Source: Methylovirgula sp. (GTDB taxonomy: Bacteria > Pseudomonadota > Alphaproteobacteria > Rhizobiales > Beijerinckiaceae). Taken from it: a DNA stretch of 45,448 bases. The stretch covers positions 1-45,448 of the forward strand of contig JAYTYD010000029.1 of assembly GCA_043742625.1 (NCBI GenBank). Direction: 5' to 3'. Position numbers and translations under genes: made by a program. Below are positions 1 through 8,366 of the stretch, one piece after another. A model generated the notes under the pieces. The model did not search any database and had not been told where the DNA came from. It worked only from the letters and a program-made list of their open reading frames with translations. How positions within the stretch are numbered: position 1 is the first letter of the stretch; each line of letters starts with the position of its first letter.

Positions 1-1009
1 AAGCCACCCCTAGACGCAGCAGATCATGGATATGGACAATTCCGGTCAGCGTTCCGTTTGCCGTTACCGCCAGAACTGAAATCTTGCGCCGGTTCAACAT
101 TTCCAGGGCCTCTGCCGCCAAATCGTCCGGCGATATTTGCAGCGGCAAGGCTTGCATCAGATCATTAACCGGAAGCGCCAAAATATTGGCCCGTTCGACA
201 TTCCGGCGCAAATCACCGTCCGTGATAATACCGCAAAGGCCGCCGTTTTCATCAACCACCAGAATGCAACCCAACCGCTTTTGCGTCATCACCACCACAG
301 CGCCCGCCATTGAGGTGCCAAGCAAAACCACCGGCATATCGTCTCCGGCGTGCATCACATCCCGCACATGTAGCAACCGCGCTCCAAGCTTGCCGCCCGG
401 ATGAAACATTCTAAAGTCATGCGCCGTAAAACCGCGCGTCTCGAGCAAAGCGACAGCGAGCGCGTCTCCCAACACCAGCTGCATCGTGGTCGATGTTGTA
501 GGCGCCAGCCCGTTTGGGCAAGCTTCTTCAGATTTTGGCAAAATCAGCGCAATATCCGCCTCACGTGCCAATGTACCAGCTATATTGGAGGTGAATGCGA
601 CCAACAAAATATTAAACCGCCGTGAAAAGGTTATGATGTCCGCAAGTTCCGCCGTTTCACCGGACCAGGACAAAGCTAAAATCGCATCACCCTCTTGGAT
701 CATGCCCATATCGCCGTGACTTGCTTCGGCGGGATGAACGAAAAATGCCGGAGTGCCGGTCGAGGCAAATGTCGCTGCCAACTTTCGTCCGACATGGCCT
801 GACTTGCCCATCCCGGTTACAACCACGCGCCCTTTCAAACCGGCAAAACGCTCCACAACGTCCGAAAAACATTGCGCGAGGTCGCTAAGCGCTTCGCCAC
901 CAAACGCAGCTTCAAGTGCCATGATTCCCGCGCTCTCAGTGGCGAAGGTTTTGAGCGCGGACTGCACAGCCGGAGTGTTTTTTTTAAAAAAAGGGTGTTG
1001 TATTGTCAT
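1..1009 (-). CDS. kpsF: KpsF/GutQ-family arabinose-5-phosphate isomerase (SIS domain plus CBS pair); 3' end truncated by the window edge
   Basis: Absent from the ORF track because the frame runs off position 1. My translation of the minus strand from ATG 1009 reads MTIQHPFFKK...GRVVVTGMGKSGHVGRKLAATFASTGTPAFFVHPAEASHGDMGMI...HPGGKLGARLLHVRDVM...GIITDGDLRR...IVHIHDLLRLGVA. The frame is open all the way to position 1. Confidence 0.9.
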   Translation of the reverse strand, partial: MTIQHPFFKKNTPAVQSALKTFATESAGIMALEAAFGGEALSDLAQCFSDVVERFAGLKGRVVVTGMGKSGHVGRKLAATFASTGTPAFFVHPAEASHGDMGMIQEGDAILALSWSGETAELADIITFSRRFNILLVAFTSNIAGTLAREADIALILPKSEEACPNGLAPTTSTTMQLVLGDALAVALLETRGFTAHDFRMFHPGGKLGARLLHVRDVMHAGDDMPVVLLGTSMAGAVVVMTQKRLGCILVVDENGGLCGIITDGDLRRNVERANILALPVNDLMQALPLQISPDDLAAEALEMLNRRKISVLAVTANGTLTGIVHIHDLLRLGVA

Positions 1010-1076
1010 GGGCCGCTTTTAACACCCTTTTTTGCAAATTTCGACCCTGTTGATCGGAACAGTCGCTAACCAAGCA

Positions 1077-1098
1077 TTAACCATAAATTGTTAACCAT
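1077..1098. promoter_or_regulatory. Two direct copies of TTAACCAT (1077-1084 and 1091-1098) in the kpsF / outer-membrane-protein divergent intergenic region; candidate CtrA half-sites
   Basis: The sequence reads cattaaccataaattgttaaccatta. TTAACCAT is the half-site form of the alphaproteobacterial CtrA box. Confidence 0.3.
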
Positions 1099-1127
1099 TA
1101 GGCATCGCAATTAAGCTGACGCCCCAC

Positions 1128-2756
1128 GTGCCATCTCGCCCTATCCCTAAATGCAGCCTTCGCAGGCGCGCCTCTGGCGCTCTGTTGGCAGCTTTGTGTG
1201 TTGCGCCCTGCGGCACAACTGCTGTGAAAGCCCAGCAGGCCCCGCTGTTGCGCGGGTCCCAGACAGGACTTGAAGATCCGGCCCAAACGCTTCCCGCATC
1301 GGCACAACCGGATCTTGTTGCTCCCTTAATGGACGAAGAGCGCGGCTCAATCGCGCCAAAGCGTCCTGCTGCGGCCCTTAAACACTCCCCTGCCCTGCCG
1401 CCTCTCAGCGCATATCAAACCTATCCGCCTGCTGGCACTGAAGGCCGCGCCCGGCGCAAGCTGGCAGGCCCGGCAAAACCCTTGGCCACCACCGGATTGC
1501 CGCCTTTACCTAATGCCGCCGGTGCGCCAAAACGCATCACTAAATATGACCCGAACCCGGCGGCGCCCCCCGCTGCGGCCGCAATTCCAGCTCCGGCAAT
1601 TGCTAAAAACCCTCCCTCAGCTATCGGGCCATACGACCCCATCGGCTTTGACCTCGGCGGATTGCGCTTAATCCCGTTTGTTGAGGGCGACATCGGCTAT
1701 GAGTCCAACCCGGCACAGGCAACAACCGCCAGTGGCTCCGGCTTTGCCCGTACCGGGGCGGGAGCTAAGTTTAAATCCGACTGGTCCCGTCACGCCCTCA
1801 GCGGCGAGCTCAAGGCCGGATACACAGACTATTTCACGGCAAACTCCAGCAGCCATCCGGATTTGAGTTTCACGGCTAACGGCAAAATTGATGTATCGCA
1901 TGATACGGATATCAATCTCGAAAGCCATTTGAACTACACAACGCAGCGCAACCTGCAAACGGTCTCGGGCGTTACCAGCAACATCACTTCGGGCATTTAT
2001 GACTCGGGCGTTGCAGCGGGCGTAACCCGCCGCTTTGGCCGCCTCACCACCACGTTGCGCGGATCGTTAGATAGAACCGTTTATGCAAACCCGACTATTG
2101 CCGGATCGGCCCTAAACCTATCGAGCGGAAACTTCACTGCGCTCGAATTACGAGCCCGCGCCGGATATGAACTTACACCCGGATTTGCACCCTATGTTCA
2201 AGCTAGCGTCGATACCCGCCAACGCGACAGCAAGTTGGATAGCAGCGGTTTTGCCCGCTCCTCAATTGGCACAAGCTTGCGGCTTGGCACGACATATGAG
2301 CTGAGCCGAATTCTGACCGCCGACGCAAATGTCGGGGTCGGCACCCGTGATTATGGCGACGCCCGCCTCAAAACCAGTGTTGGCCCTGTCGCAGACCTGT
2401 CGCTTGTTTGGCAGGCGACACCCCTCACGACCGTCACGCTTAAGGAATCTTCCGCACAAGACGAAACCAGCCTAAGCGGCGCTTCTGGCATTTGGGACAC
2501 CAAGGTCTCTTTGCAAGTCGACCATGCTCTACTGCGAAACCTCAATTTGACAGGCAATATTGCTTATCAGAACAACAAATACACCGGCACAAGCCGCGCC
2601 GATCATATCACGACAGGATCTCTGGCAGCCACTTATGCCCTCACGCGCGATGTGTTGTTGCGAGGCAGCTATAATTATACGCACCAATCCAGTTCGGACC
2701 CCGGATCACGATATTCCGACAACGTCTTTTTATTCGGGATAAAGTTGCAGCATTAA
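1128..2756 (+). CDS. Outer-membrane beta-barrel protein with a long Pro/Ala-rich N-terminal region (porin-like, family uncertain)
   Basis: 542-aa ORF with a GTG start. Signal-like N-terminus RRRASGALLAALCVAPCGTTAVKA/QQ. About 150 aa of P/A-rich low-complexity sequence follows. After that come alternating amphipathic strands rich in G/S/T/Y/N, ending YSDNVFLFGIKLQH. Confidence 0.75.
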   Translation: MPSRPIPKCSLRRRASGALLAALCVAPCGTTAVKAQQAPLLRGSQTGLEDPAQTLPASAQPDLVAPLMDEERGSIAPKRPAAALKHSPALPPLSAYQTYPPAGTEGRARRKLAGPAKPLATTGLPPLPNAAGAPKRITKYDPNPAAPPAAAAIPAPAIAKNPPSAIGPYDPIGFDLGGLRLIPFVEGDIGYESNPAQATTASGSGFARTGAGAKFKSDWSRHALSGELKAGYTDYFTANSSSHPDLSFTANGKIDVSHDTDINLESHLNYTTQRNLQTVSGVTSNITSGIYDSGVAAGVTRRFGRLTTTLRGSLDRTVYANPTIAGSALNLSSGNFTALELRARAGYELTPGFAPYVQASVDTRQRDSKLDSSGFARSSIGTSLRLGTTYELSRILTADANVGVGTRDYGDARLKTSVGPVADLSLVWQATPLTTVTLKESSAQDETSLSGASGIWDTKVSLQVDHALLRNLNLTGNIAYQNNKYTGTSRADHITTGSLAATYALTRDVLLRGSYNYTHQSSSDPGSRYSDNVFLFGIKLQH

Positions 2757-2757
2757 C

Positions 2758-4251
2758 CTAAATTTGCCCCAGCGTGCGAAACACGGCCTCTTTCCACGCG
2801 GCATATTTATTTTTGCGCTCGTGGTCGCCCATCATCGGTGTGAAGCGCCGCTCAAGGCTCCACTCTTTGGCAAATTTCTCCGGCTTCTCATAAAGCCCCG
2901 ATTGATATCCCGCCAAATATGCAGCGCCTAGCGCCGTGGATTCCAACACAGTAGGGCGATCTACCGCCACGCCTAGAATATCGCTCAAAGCCTGCATCGT
3001 CCAATCGGATGCGCTCATGCCGCCATCAACCCGTAATACTGTTTTGCTGTTTCCGTCCCAATCGCGCTTCATCGCTTCCAGCAAATCGCGCGTCTGAAAA
3101 CACACGGCTTCCAAAGCCGCCTTGGCAATTTCGCGGTTTGTGGTGCCGCGCGTTAACCCGAAAAGCGCGCCGCGACATTCCGCATCCCAATAAGGCGCGC
3201 CAAGCCCGACAAATGCCGGCACCAAAATAACGTTCTGCCCCGGGTCCGCCTGTTCCGCCAAGGCACCGCTATCGCCCGCCTTGCCAATGATTTTAAGCCC
3301 GTCCCGCAGCCATTGCACCGCAGCGCCGGCAATGAAAATTGAGCCTTCCAGCGCATAGGTTCGCTCACCGTTGAGCTGGTAGGCGATTGTGGTTAGGAGG
3401 CGGTTTTTCGAATCCACCGCGTCTTCACCGGTATTCAAAAGTGCGAAACAGCCGGTCCCGTAAGTGCTTTTCATCATGCCCGGCTTGAAACAAGCCTGAC
3501 CTACCATTGCCGCGTGCTGATCTCCCGCCATACCGCGCACCGGAATGGCGGAGCCGAAAAATTCCGGTAAACATGCGCCAAATTCGGCAGCGCAATCCTT
3601 AACGTCGGGCAAAAGCTCGCGCGGTACATTTAAAATCTTGCACAGCTTTTTAGACCATTCGCCACGGTGAATATCAAACATCAGAGTGCGGCAGGCGTTT
3701 GTCGCGTCGGTCGCGTGAGATTTGCCGCCGGTCAGCCGCCACAACAAGAACGTATCCACCGTGCCGAAAGCCAGCTCGCCGTTCTCCGCCCGTTTTCGGG
3801 CGCCGGAGACGTTATCTAAAATCCACGCCGCTTTGGTTCCGGAAAAATATGGGTCGAGCAACAGCCCCGTCTTACGTCGAAAGGTCTTTTCATAATCGTC
3901 TTCGCGCAATTTCGTGCAGATTTCGACCGTGCGCCGGTCTTGCCATACAATCGCATTGTAAATCGGCGTGCCGGTTGCCCGGTCCCAAATCAGCGTGGTT
4001 TCACGCTGGTTGGTAATGCCAAGCGCCACAACATCGGCAGCTTTGACTTTTGCCTTTTTCAGTACGGCCTTGCAGGTTTCCAACACAGATATCCAAATGT
4101 CCTCAGGATCATGCTCCACCCAGCCAGATTGCGGGTAATGTTGAGTAAATTCCTTTTGAGCGCTGGCTATGATGCTTTTGTTTTGATCAAACACCAGCGC
4201 CCTCGTCGAGCTGGTGCCTTGGTCAATAGCTAGGACATAAGAATTTGCCAT
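2758..4251 (-). CDS. glpK: Glycerol kinase
   Basis: [22 protein letters not shown]..., ...[11 protein letters not shown]... and ...[12 protein letters not shown]... are typical FGGY/GlpK motifs. The track start at 4272 is a TTG. The ATG at 4251 gives the canonical N-terminus. Confidence 0.95.
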   Translation of the reverse strand: MANSYVLAIDQGTSSTRALVFDQNKSIIASAQKEFTQHYPQSGWVEHDPEDIWISVLETCKAVLKKAKVKAADVVALGITNQRETTLIWDRATGTPIYNAIVWQDRRTVEICTKLREDDYEKTFRRKTGLLLDPYFSGTKAAWILDNVSGARKRAENGELAFGTVDTFLLWRLTGGKSHATDATNACRTLMFDIHRGEWSKKLCKILNVPRELLPDVKDCAAEFGACLPEFFGSAIPVRGMAGDQHAAMVGQACFKPGMMKSTYGTGCFALLNTGEDAVDSKNRLLTTIAYQLNGERTYALEGSIFIAGAAVQWLRDGLKIIGKAGDSGALAEQADPGQNVILVPAFVGLGAPYWDAECRGALFGLTRGTTNREIAKAALEAVCFQTRDLLEAMKRDWDGNSKTVLRVDGGMSASDWTMQALSDILGVAVDRPTVLESTALGAAYLAGYQSGLYEKPEKFAKEWSLERRFTPMMGDHERKNKYAAWKEAVFRTLGQI

Positions 4252-4404
4252 TTTATCACCCGTTTTTTTCAAATTCTCTTACATATCTCTAAGACAGTGT
4301 TGCGTCACACACAATCACGGCGATTTCTTTGGCCACATAGGCGATAAACCGGACGGCATTGGCGCAATATCGCCATTGCTGAAAAGCTGAAAGTGCGTTT
4401 ATGA

Positions 4405-4420
4405 TATCGATAACGTAACT
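4405..4420. promoter_or_regulatory. LacI-family operator-like site, TATCGATAACGTAACT, 17-32 nt upstream of the ABC ATPase start
   Basis: Exact 16-nt match to the reverse complement of 16972-16987, the site in front of the permease gene next to the LacI regulator gene. Confidence 0.5.
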
Positions 4421-4436
4421 CTTCAAAGGTAATAGC

Positions 4437-5945
4437 GTGAGCCAAAACCAAACCGCACCGCTCATCCGCTTTGATCACATCGTCAAAAGCTTTGGCGGCA
4501 CCCGCGCGCTGAAAGATGTCAGCCTGGATATCCATGCCGGAGAAATTTTAGCTTTGCTCGGCGAAAACGGAGCCGGAAAATCCACGCTGATTAAAAGTCT
4601 CGCAGGAATTTACACGCTCGACAGTGGCGCAATTTTATATCGCGGACAAACCTACACGCACCGCCCAGCAAAGTTTAACGTCCGGCAAAAAGTGGCCTTC
4701 ATTCATCAGGATTTAGGCCTGATTGATTGGATGTCCATTGCAGAGAATATGGCGATGGCCATAGGTTATCCTAAAAAAGGACCGTTGATCGACTGGAAAG
4801 CTTCAGAAGCGCAGGCGGGGCGTGCGCTGGCTCAAATCGGCTGCGACTTGGACCCATCCACCCGCGTCCAGGATTTAACCCGTACTGAGAAATCTCTCGT
4901 CGCCATCGCCCGGGCGCTCAGCATTGAGGCGAATGTTATTGTGCTGGATGAACCCAGCGCGTCCTTGCCAGCCGATGAGGTTCATCGCATGTTTGATGCG
5001 TTGCGTCCATTAAAGGCGCGCGGTGTTGGTATGATTTACGTTTCACACCGGCTGGATGAGGTGTTTCAAATCGCCGATCGTGTTGCTGTGTTGCGTGATG
5101 GAGCTCTGGTCGGTGACAAGCTGGTCAAAGATACCACACCCGACGAACTTATCTCTATGATCGTCGGCAAAGCCTTTGAGCGGTATCAGGCAAAGCCCCG
5201 CTCAAACCTCACGCCCTTGCTTACCGTCAAAAATCTCAGTGTCGAGAGCAATGCGCCGGTTAGCTTCGATGTCTGCTGTGGCGAAATCATCGGCCTGGTT
5301 GGCTTGCGCGGCGCAGGTCAGGAAAACATCGGGCGCGCCTTGTTTGGGGCAGCGCCAATGAGCGGCATCGTGACATTGAATGGCGCAACGCCAGACATGA
5401 GAAACCCGGGCGCCGCCATTCAATCCGGCATCGGTCTTATCGCGCGTGACCGGGTGGAGGAGTCCACCGCGCAGGGCCTCAGCATCCGCGAAAACACGTT
5501 TCTCAATCCCAAAGCCCATGGCCGCAAACACTTCGCGCTATCAAACCCTGCCTCTGAAAGCGCTGCCGCACGCAGCATCGGCGACAAGGTGGGACTGCGT
5601 CCAAACGCGCCGGAACTGCCCATAGAGGCGCTTTCCGGTGGCAATCAGCAAAAAGTTGTGGTCGGGCGCTGGCTGGACACCGGCGGCAAATTGCTCATCG
5701 CCGAAGACCCGACCGCCGGGGTTGATGTAGGGGCAAAAGCTGAAATTTACCGCCTGTTGGAGACGGCGCTCGACGCAGGCCTCGGCGTGATAGTCGTCTC
5801 AACCGATTTTGAAGAGGTGGCGCGTCTATGTCACCGCGCATTGGTGTTTTCGCAGGGCGAGATTGTCGGTGAACTTTCCGGAGACGCGCTGACTATTGAA
5901 AATTTGATTGCCAAAGCCTCGGTTAAATCTCCCAAAGCCACCTGA
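4437..5945 (+). CDS. Sugar ABC transporter ATP-binding protein, fused double nucleotide-binding domain (CUT2/RbsA-MglA type)
   Basis: 502 aa. Walker A GENGAGKST. Signature/Walker B region LSIEANVIVLDEPSASL. The second domain has a degenerate P-loop GLRGAGQEN and LSGGNQQKV...LLIAEDPTAGVD. Confidence 0.92.
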   Translation: MSQNQTAPLIRFDHIVKSFGGTRALKDVSLDIHAGEILALLGENGAGKSTLIKSLAGIYTLDSGAILYRGQTYTHRPAKFNVRQKVAFIHQDLGLIDWMSIAENMAMAIGYPKKGPLIDWKASEAQAGRALAQIGCDLDPSTRVQDLTRTEKSLVAIARALSIEANVIVLDEPSASLPADEVHRMFDALRPLKARGVGMIYVSHRLDEVFQIADRVAVLRDGALVGDKLVKDTTPDELISMIVGKAFERYQAKPRSNLTPLLTVKNLSVESNAPVSFDVCCGEIIGLVGLRGAGQENIGRALFGAAPMSGIVTLNGATPDMRNPGAAIQSGIGLIARDRVEESTAQGLSIRENTFLNPKAHGRKHFALSNPASESAAARSIGDKVGLRPNAPELPIEALSGGNQQKVVVGRWLDTGGKLLIAEDPTAGVDVGAKAEIYRLLETALDAGLGVIVVSTDFEEVARLCHRALVFSQGEIVGELSGDALTIENLIAKASVKSPKAT

Positions 5946-6062
5946 TTCACACATTTGTGAGCGGGAAAAGGCGGTAAGTCGCAGGGATTCCGTGCCGCGC
6001 GCCTTGCAGCTTGGCATCCACGTTCTTATAACGAAACCATCGCCCTTCCGAACGAGTTTCCA

Positions 6063-7040
6063 ATGTCTGTTCACCCGACCCATCTGCACGCTAAGGTTCT
6101 CATTGTTGGTTCCGGCCCTGCCGGATACACTGCCGCCGTCTACGCCGCCCGCGCCATGCTGGAGCCGGTGATGGTCGCCGGTTTTGAACCGGGCGGGCAA
6201 TTGATGATCACCACCGACGTTGAAAATTATCCCGGTTTTGCCACGGCTATTCAAGGCCCCTGGCTGATGGAACAAATGAAAGCGCAAGCCGAACATGTCG
6301 GCACCAAAATGATCTCTGATCACATTATGCAGGCGGATCTCACACAGCGCCCCTTCCGCCTAACCGGTGACAATGGCACCACCTACACCTGTGATGCGTT
6401 GATCATTGCCACCGGCGCGAAAGCCAAATGGCTCGGAATGCCATCGGAAGAGGCGTTCAAGGGCTATGGGGTTTCAGCCTGCGCCACCTGCGACGGATTT
6501 TTCTATCGCGGCAAAGAGGTTTTGGTCATCGGGGGTGGAAATTCCGCTGTCGAAGAGGCGCTATATCTCAGCCATCTGGCCAAAAAAGTCACTGTTATCC
6601 ACCGGCGCGACACTTTTAAAGCCGAACGTATCTTGCAGGAGCGCTTATTCAACACGCCAAATGTTGAAGTTGTCTGGCACACTGAGTTGGAAGAGGTTTG
6701 CGGCGGAACCGAGCCGCCCGGTGTCACTCATGTCCGTCTGAAAAACGTGCAGACAGGCACGATTTCGACTCTCAATGTCGACGGCGTATTCGTGGCTATT
6801 GGTCACGCTCCGGCAACCGAGCTCTTTGCAGATCAGGTTAAGCTGAAACCAAACGGTTACATGTGGACCGCTGCGGATTCCACTGCCACGAGCAGGCCCG
6901 GCGTTTTTGCCGCAGGCGATGTCACAGATGATATTTACCGTCAGGCAGTCACGGCTGCCGGAATGGGCTGTATGGCCGCTTTGGAAGCAGAAAAATATCT
7001 CGCCGCCGAAAAAACCGGTGCCAAGCTGGCTGCGGAATAG
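6063..7040 (+). CDS. trxB: Thioredoxin-disulfide reductase
   Basis: [19 protein letters not shown], redox-active [21 protein letters not shown] and GVFAAGDV motifs. 325 aa. Confidence 0.95.
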   Translation: MSVHPTHLHAKVLIVGSGPAGYTAAVYAARAMLEPVMVAGFEPGGQLMITTDVENYPGFATAIQGPWLMEQMKAQAEHVGTKMISDHIMQADLTQRPFRLTGDNGTTYTCDALIIATGAKAKWLGMPSEEAFKGYGVSACATCDGFFYRGKEVLVIGGGNSAVEEALYLSHLAKKVTVIHRRDTFKAERILQERLFNTPNVEVVWHTELEEVCGGTEPPGVTHVRLKNVQTGTISTLNVDGVFVAIGHAPATELFADQVKLKPNGYMWTAADSTATSRPGVFAAGDVTDDIYRQAVTAAGMGCMAALEAEKYLAAEKTGAKLAAE

Positions 7041-7123
7041 ACAGAGGGACCAAACAATGGTCTCTTATGGCAAGAGCGGAATTTAAACCGCTTTCAAAAA
7101 GTGAAAATACCGGGAGCGAAAAA

Positions 7124-8032
7124 GTGCCAGGGGACAGAGCTTTGGACTGGGATAAGCTGCGTGTGTTTCAGGCCGCAGCCGATGCTGGCTCATTCACCCA
7201 TGCCGGTGAGGTGCTCGGCCTCAGCCAGTCTGCCGTCAGCCGTCAGGTCAGCGCCCTTGAACACGAGCTGCAAGTGCCCTTGTTTCACAGGCACGCGCGC
7301 GGGCTGCTTCTAACCGAGCAAGGAGATTTGCTCGCACGCACGGTTAAAGACGTGGTGCAAAAACTGGAAACCACCCGTATCCGCCTCAATGACAGCCGCT
7401 CCAAGCCAAATGGAGACCTTAAAGTTACCACCACGTTGGGGATCGGTACCAATTGGCTGACACCGCGGATCGGTGAGTTTTTAGAACTTTATCCTGATAT
7501 TCGCCTGCACCTGATTTTTACCGATGACGAGCTTGATCTTGGCATGCGGGAAGCGGACGTCGCCATACGCATGCGCGCGCCCACCCAGCCGGATCTCATC
7601 CAGCGCAAGCTGTTCACGATGCACTTTCACGCTTTCGCGTCTCAGGAATATCTCAAAACCCATAATCAGCCGATGACCCTCGCCGACCTGGATGAACACC
7701 GCATCGTCAGCTTTAACACCATGGATGCGACATTCCTGAACAATATCAACTACCTCATCTACGCCGGACGGGACCCGAAACATCCGCGAAGCTCCGCAAT
7801 GACCGTGAACAGTATAACTGCCATCCGCCACGCTATTGAAAAAGGCATCGGCATTGCCGTTTTGCCTGATTATATCGTGCAGCCGGAATCGCCGCTTGTC
7901 CGCCTGATGTTGCAGGGCGAGATGCCGGAGCTTGATTGCTACCTCGTTTACCCCGAAGAAATGAAAAACGTTGCACGCGTGCAGGTCTTCCGCGATTTCA
8001 TGGTCTCCAAGGCCCAGCGCTGGCTGTTTTAG
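7124..8032 (+). CDS. LysR-family transcriptional regulator
   Basis: ...LDWDKLRVFQAAADAGSFTHAGEVLGLSQSAVSRQVSALE... is an N-terminal wHTH. I prefer GTG 7124 because GGGAG lies 7 nt upstream and it gives a product of about 302 aa. The longest ORF starts at ATG 7067. Confidence 0.88.
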   Translation: MPGDRALDWDKLRVFQAAADAGSFTHAGEVLGLSQSAVSRQVSALEHELQVPLFHRHARGLLLTEQGDLLARTVKDVVQKLETTRIRLNDSRSKPNGDLKVTTTLGIGTNWLTPRIGEFLELYPDIRLHLIFTDDELDLGMREADVAIRMRAPTQPDLIQRKLFTMHFHAFASQEYLKTHNQPMTLADLDEHRIVSFNTMDATFLNNINYLIYAGRDPKHPRSSAMTVNSITAIRHAIEKGIGIAVLPDYIVQPESPLVRLMLQGEMPELDCYLVYPEEMKNVARVQVFRDFMVSKAQRWLF

Positions 8033-8121
8033 AACCCCGCTGAAGCGTCCTGTCGAGCTCTGCGATTGCAGCATAGCGGCACTGACATTTCAGCGTTTGC
8101 GTGAAGGATGCTCTGTCCTCA

Positions 8122-8226
8122 TAGAGCATATCACGCAAAAGTGTGTAGCGGTTTGCGAAAATGATATGCGTTATCAGAGAGACGGAAGAGCAATTTGCGT
8201 CTGTTAAGCGTTGAATTGCTCTAGCG
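8122..8226. repeat. Intergenic mosaic repeat, copy A (about 105 bp, two hairpins; RIME/REP-like)
   Basis: About 90% identical by eye to 14625-14728. Hairpin 1 pairs gcatatca (8126-8133) with tgatatgc (8162-8169), plus inner arms cgcaaa and tttgcg. Hairpin 2 pairs gagcaatt (8188-8195) with aattgctc (8214-8221). Confidence 0.85.
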
Positions 8227-8245
8227 TTTAAGTTAATGTCTTGTT

Positions 8246-8345
8246 TTATTCCTCTCCCATCCGGCAAACGCAACCGGAATTGCATAATTATCGGTGGTTT
8301 CCCCTCTCCAACGATGTATGCCGAACGAAAGTTCGGTTTTTTTTT
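8246..8345 (+). ncRNA. Candidate small RNA (or long structured 3' UTR) ending at an orphan intrinsic terminator; 5' end not determined
   Basis: C/U-rich motifs CCTCTCCC (8251-8258) and CCCCTCTCC (8301-8309). The second lies in the loop of a possible stem atcggtgg/ccaacgat. The region ends with a terminator hairpin plus T9. No credible ORF is present. Confidence 0.3.
8321..8345 (+). terminator. Rho-independent terminator (ccgaac-GAAA-gttcgg followed by nine T)
   Basis: 6-bp stem at 8321-8326 / 8331-8336, GNRA-type loop, T-run 8337-8345. There is no A-run on the other side, so it is oriented for the plus strand only. Confidence 0.7.
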
Positions 8346-8366
8346 GACTTAAAACGGTATTTTAAT

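Noticed and set aside
84-1022. Plus-strand ORFs 84-404, 401-625, 486-719 and 753-1022 from the supplied track
   Set aside because: They all lie antisense to, or out of frame with, the clear KpsF/GutQ reading frame on the minus strand. Their products are Arg/Ser/Cys-rich with no recognisable motifs.
4335-4349. Exact 15-mer ACATAGGCGATAAAC shared with 45029-45043
   Set aside because: By my rough estimate, one or two exact 15-mer coincidences are expected by chance in an all-against-all comparison of a 45 kb window on both strands. The flanks do not match and the contexts are unrelated.
5946-5965. Small palindrome tcaca-catt-tgtga just after the ABC ATPase stop
   Set aside because: It has only 5-bp arms and no T-tract, which is too weak to call a terminator or operator.
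7481-8074. 197-aa minus-strand ORF opposite the LysR gene
   Set aside because: It is an antisense shadow ORF of a well-supported regulator gene. It has no ribosome-binding site and no recognisable motif. Shadow ORFs like this are typical of moderately GC-rich DNA.
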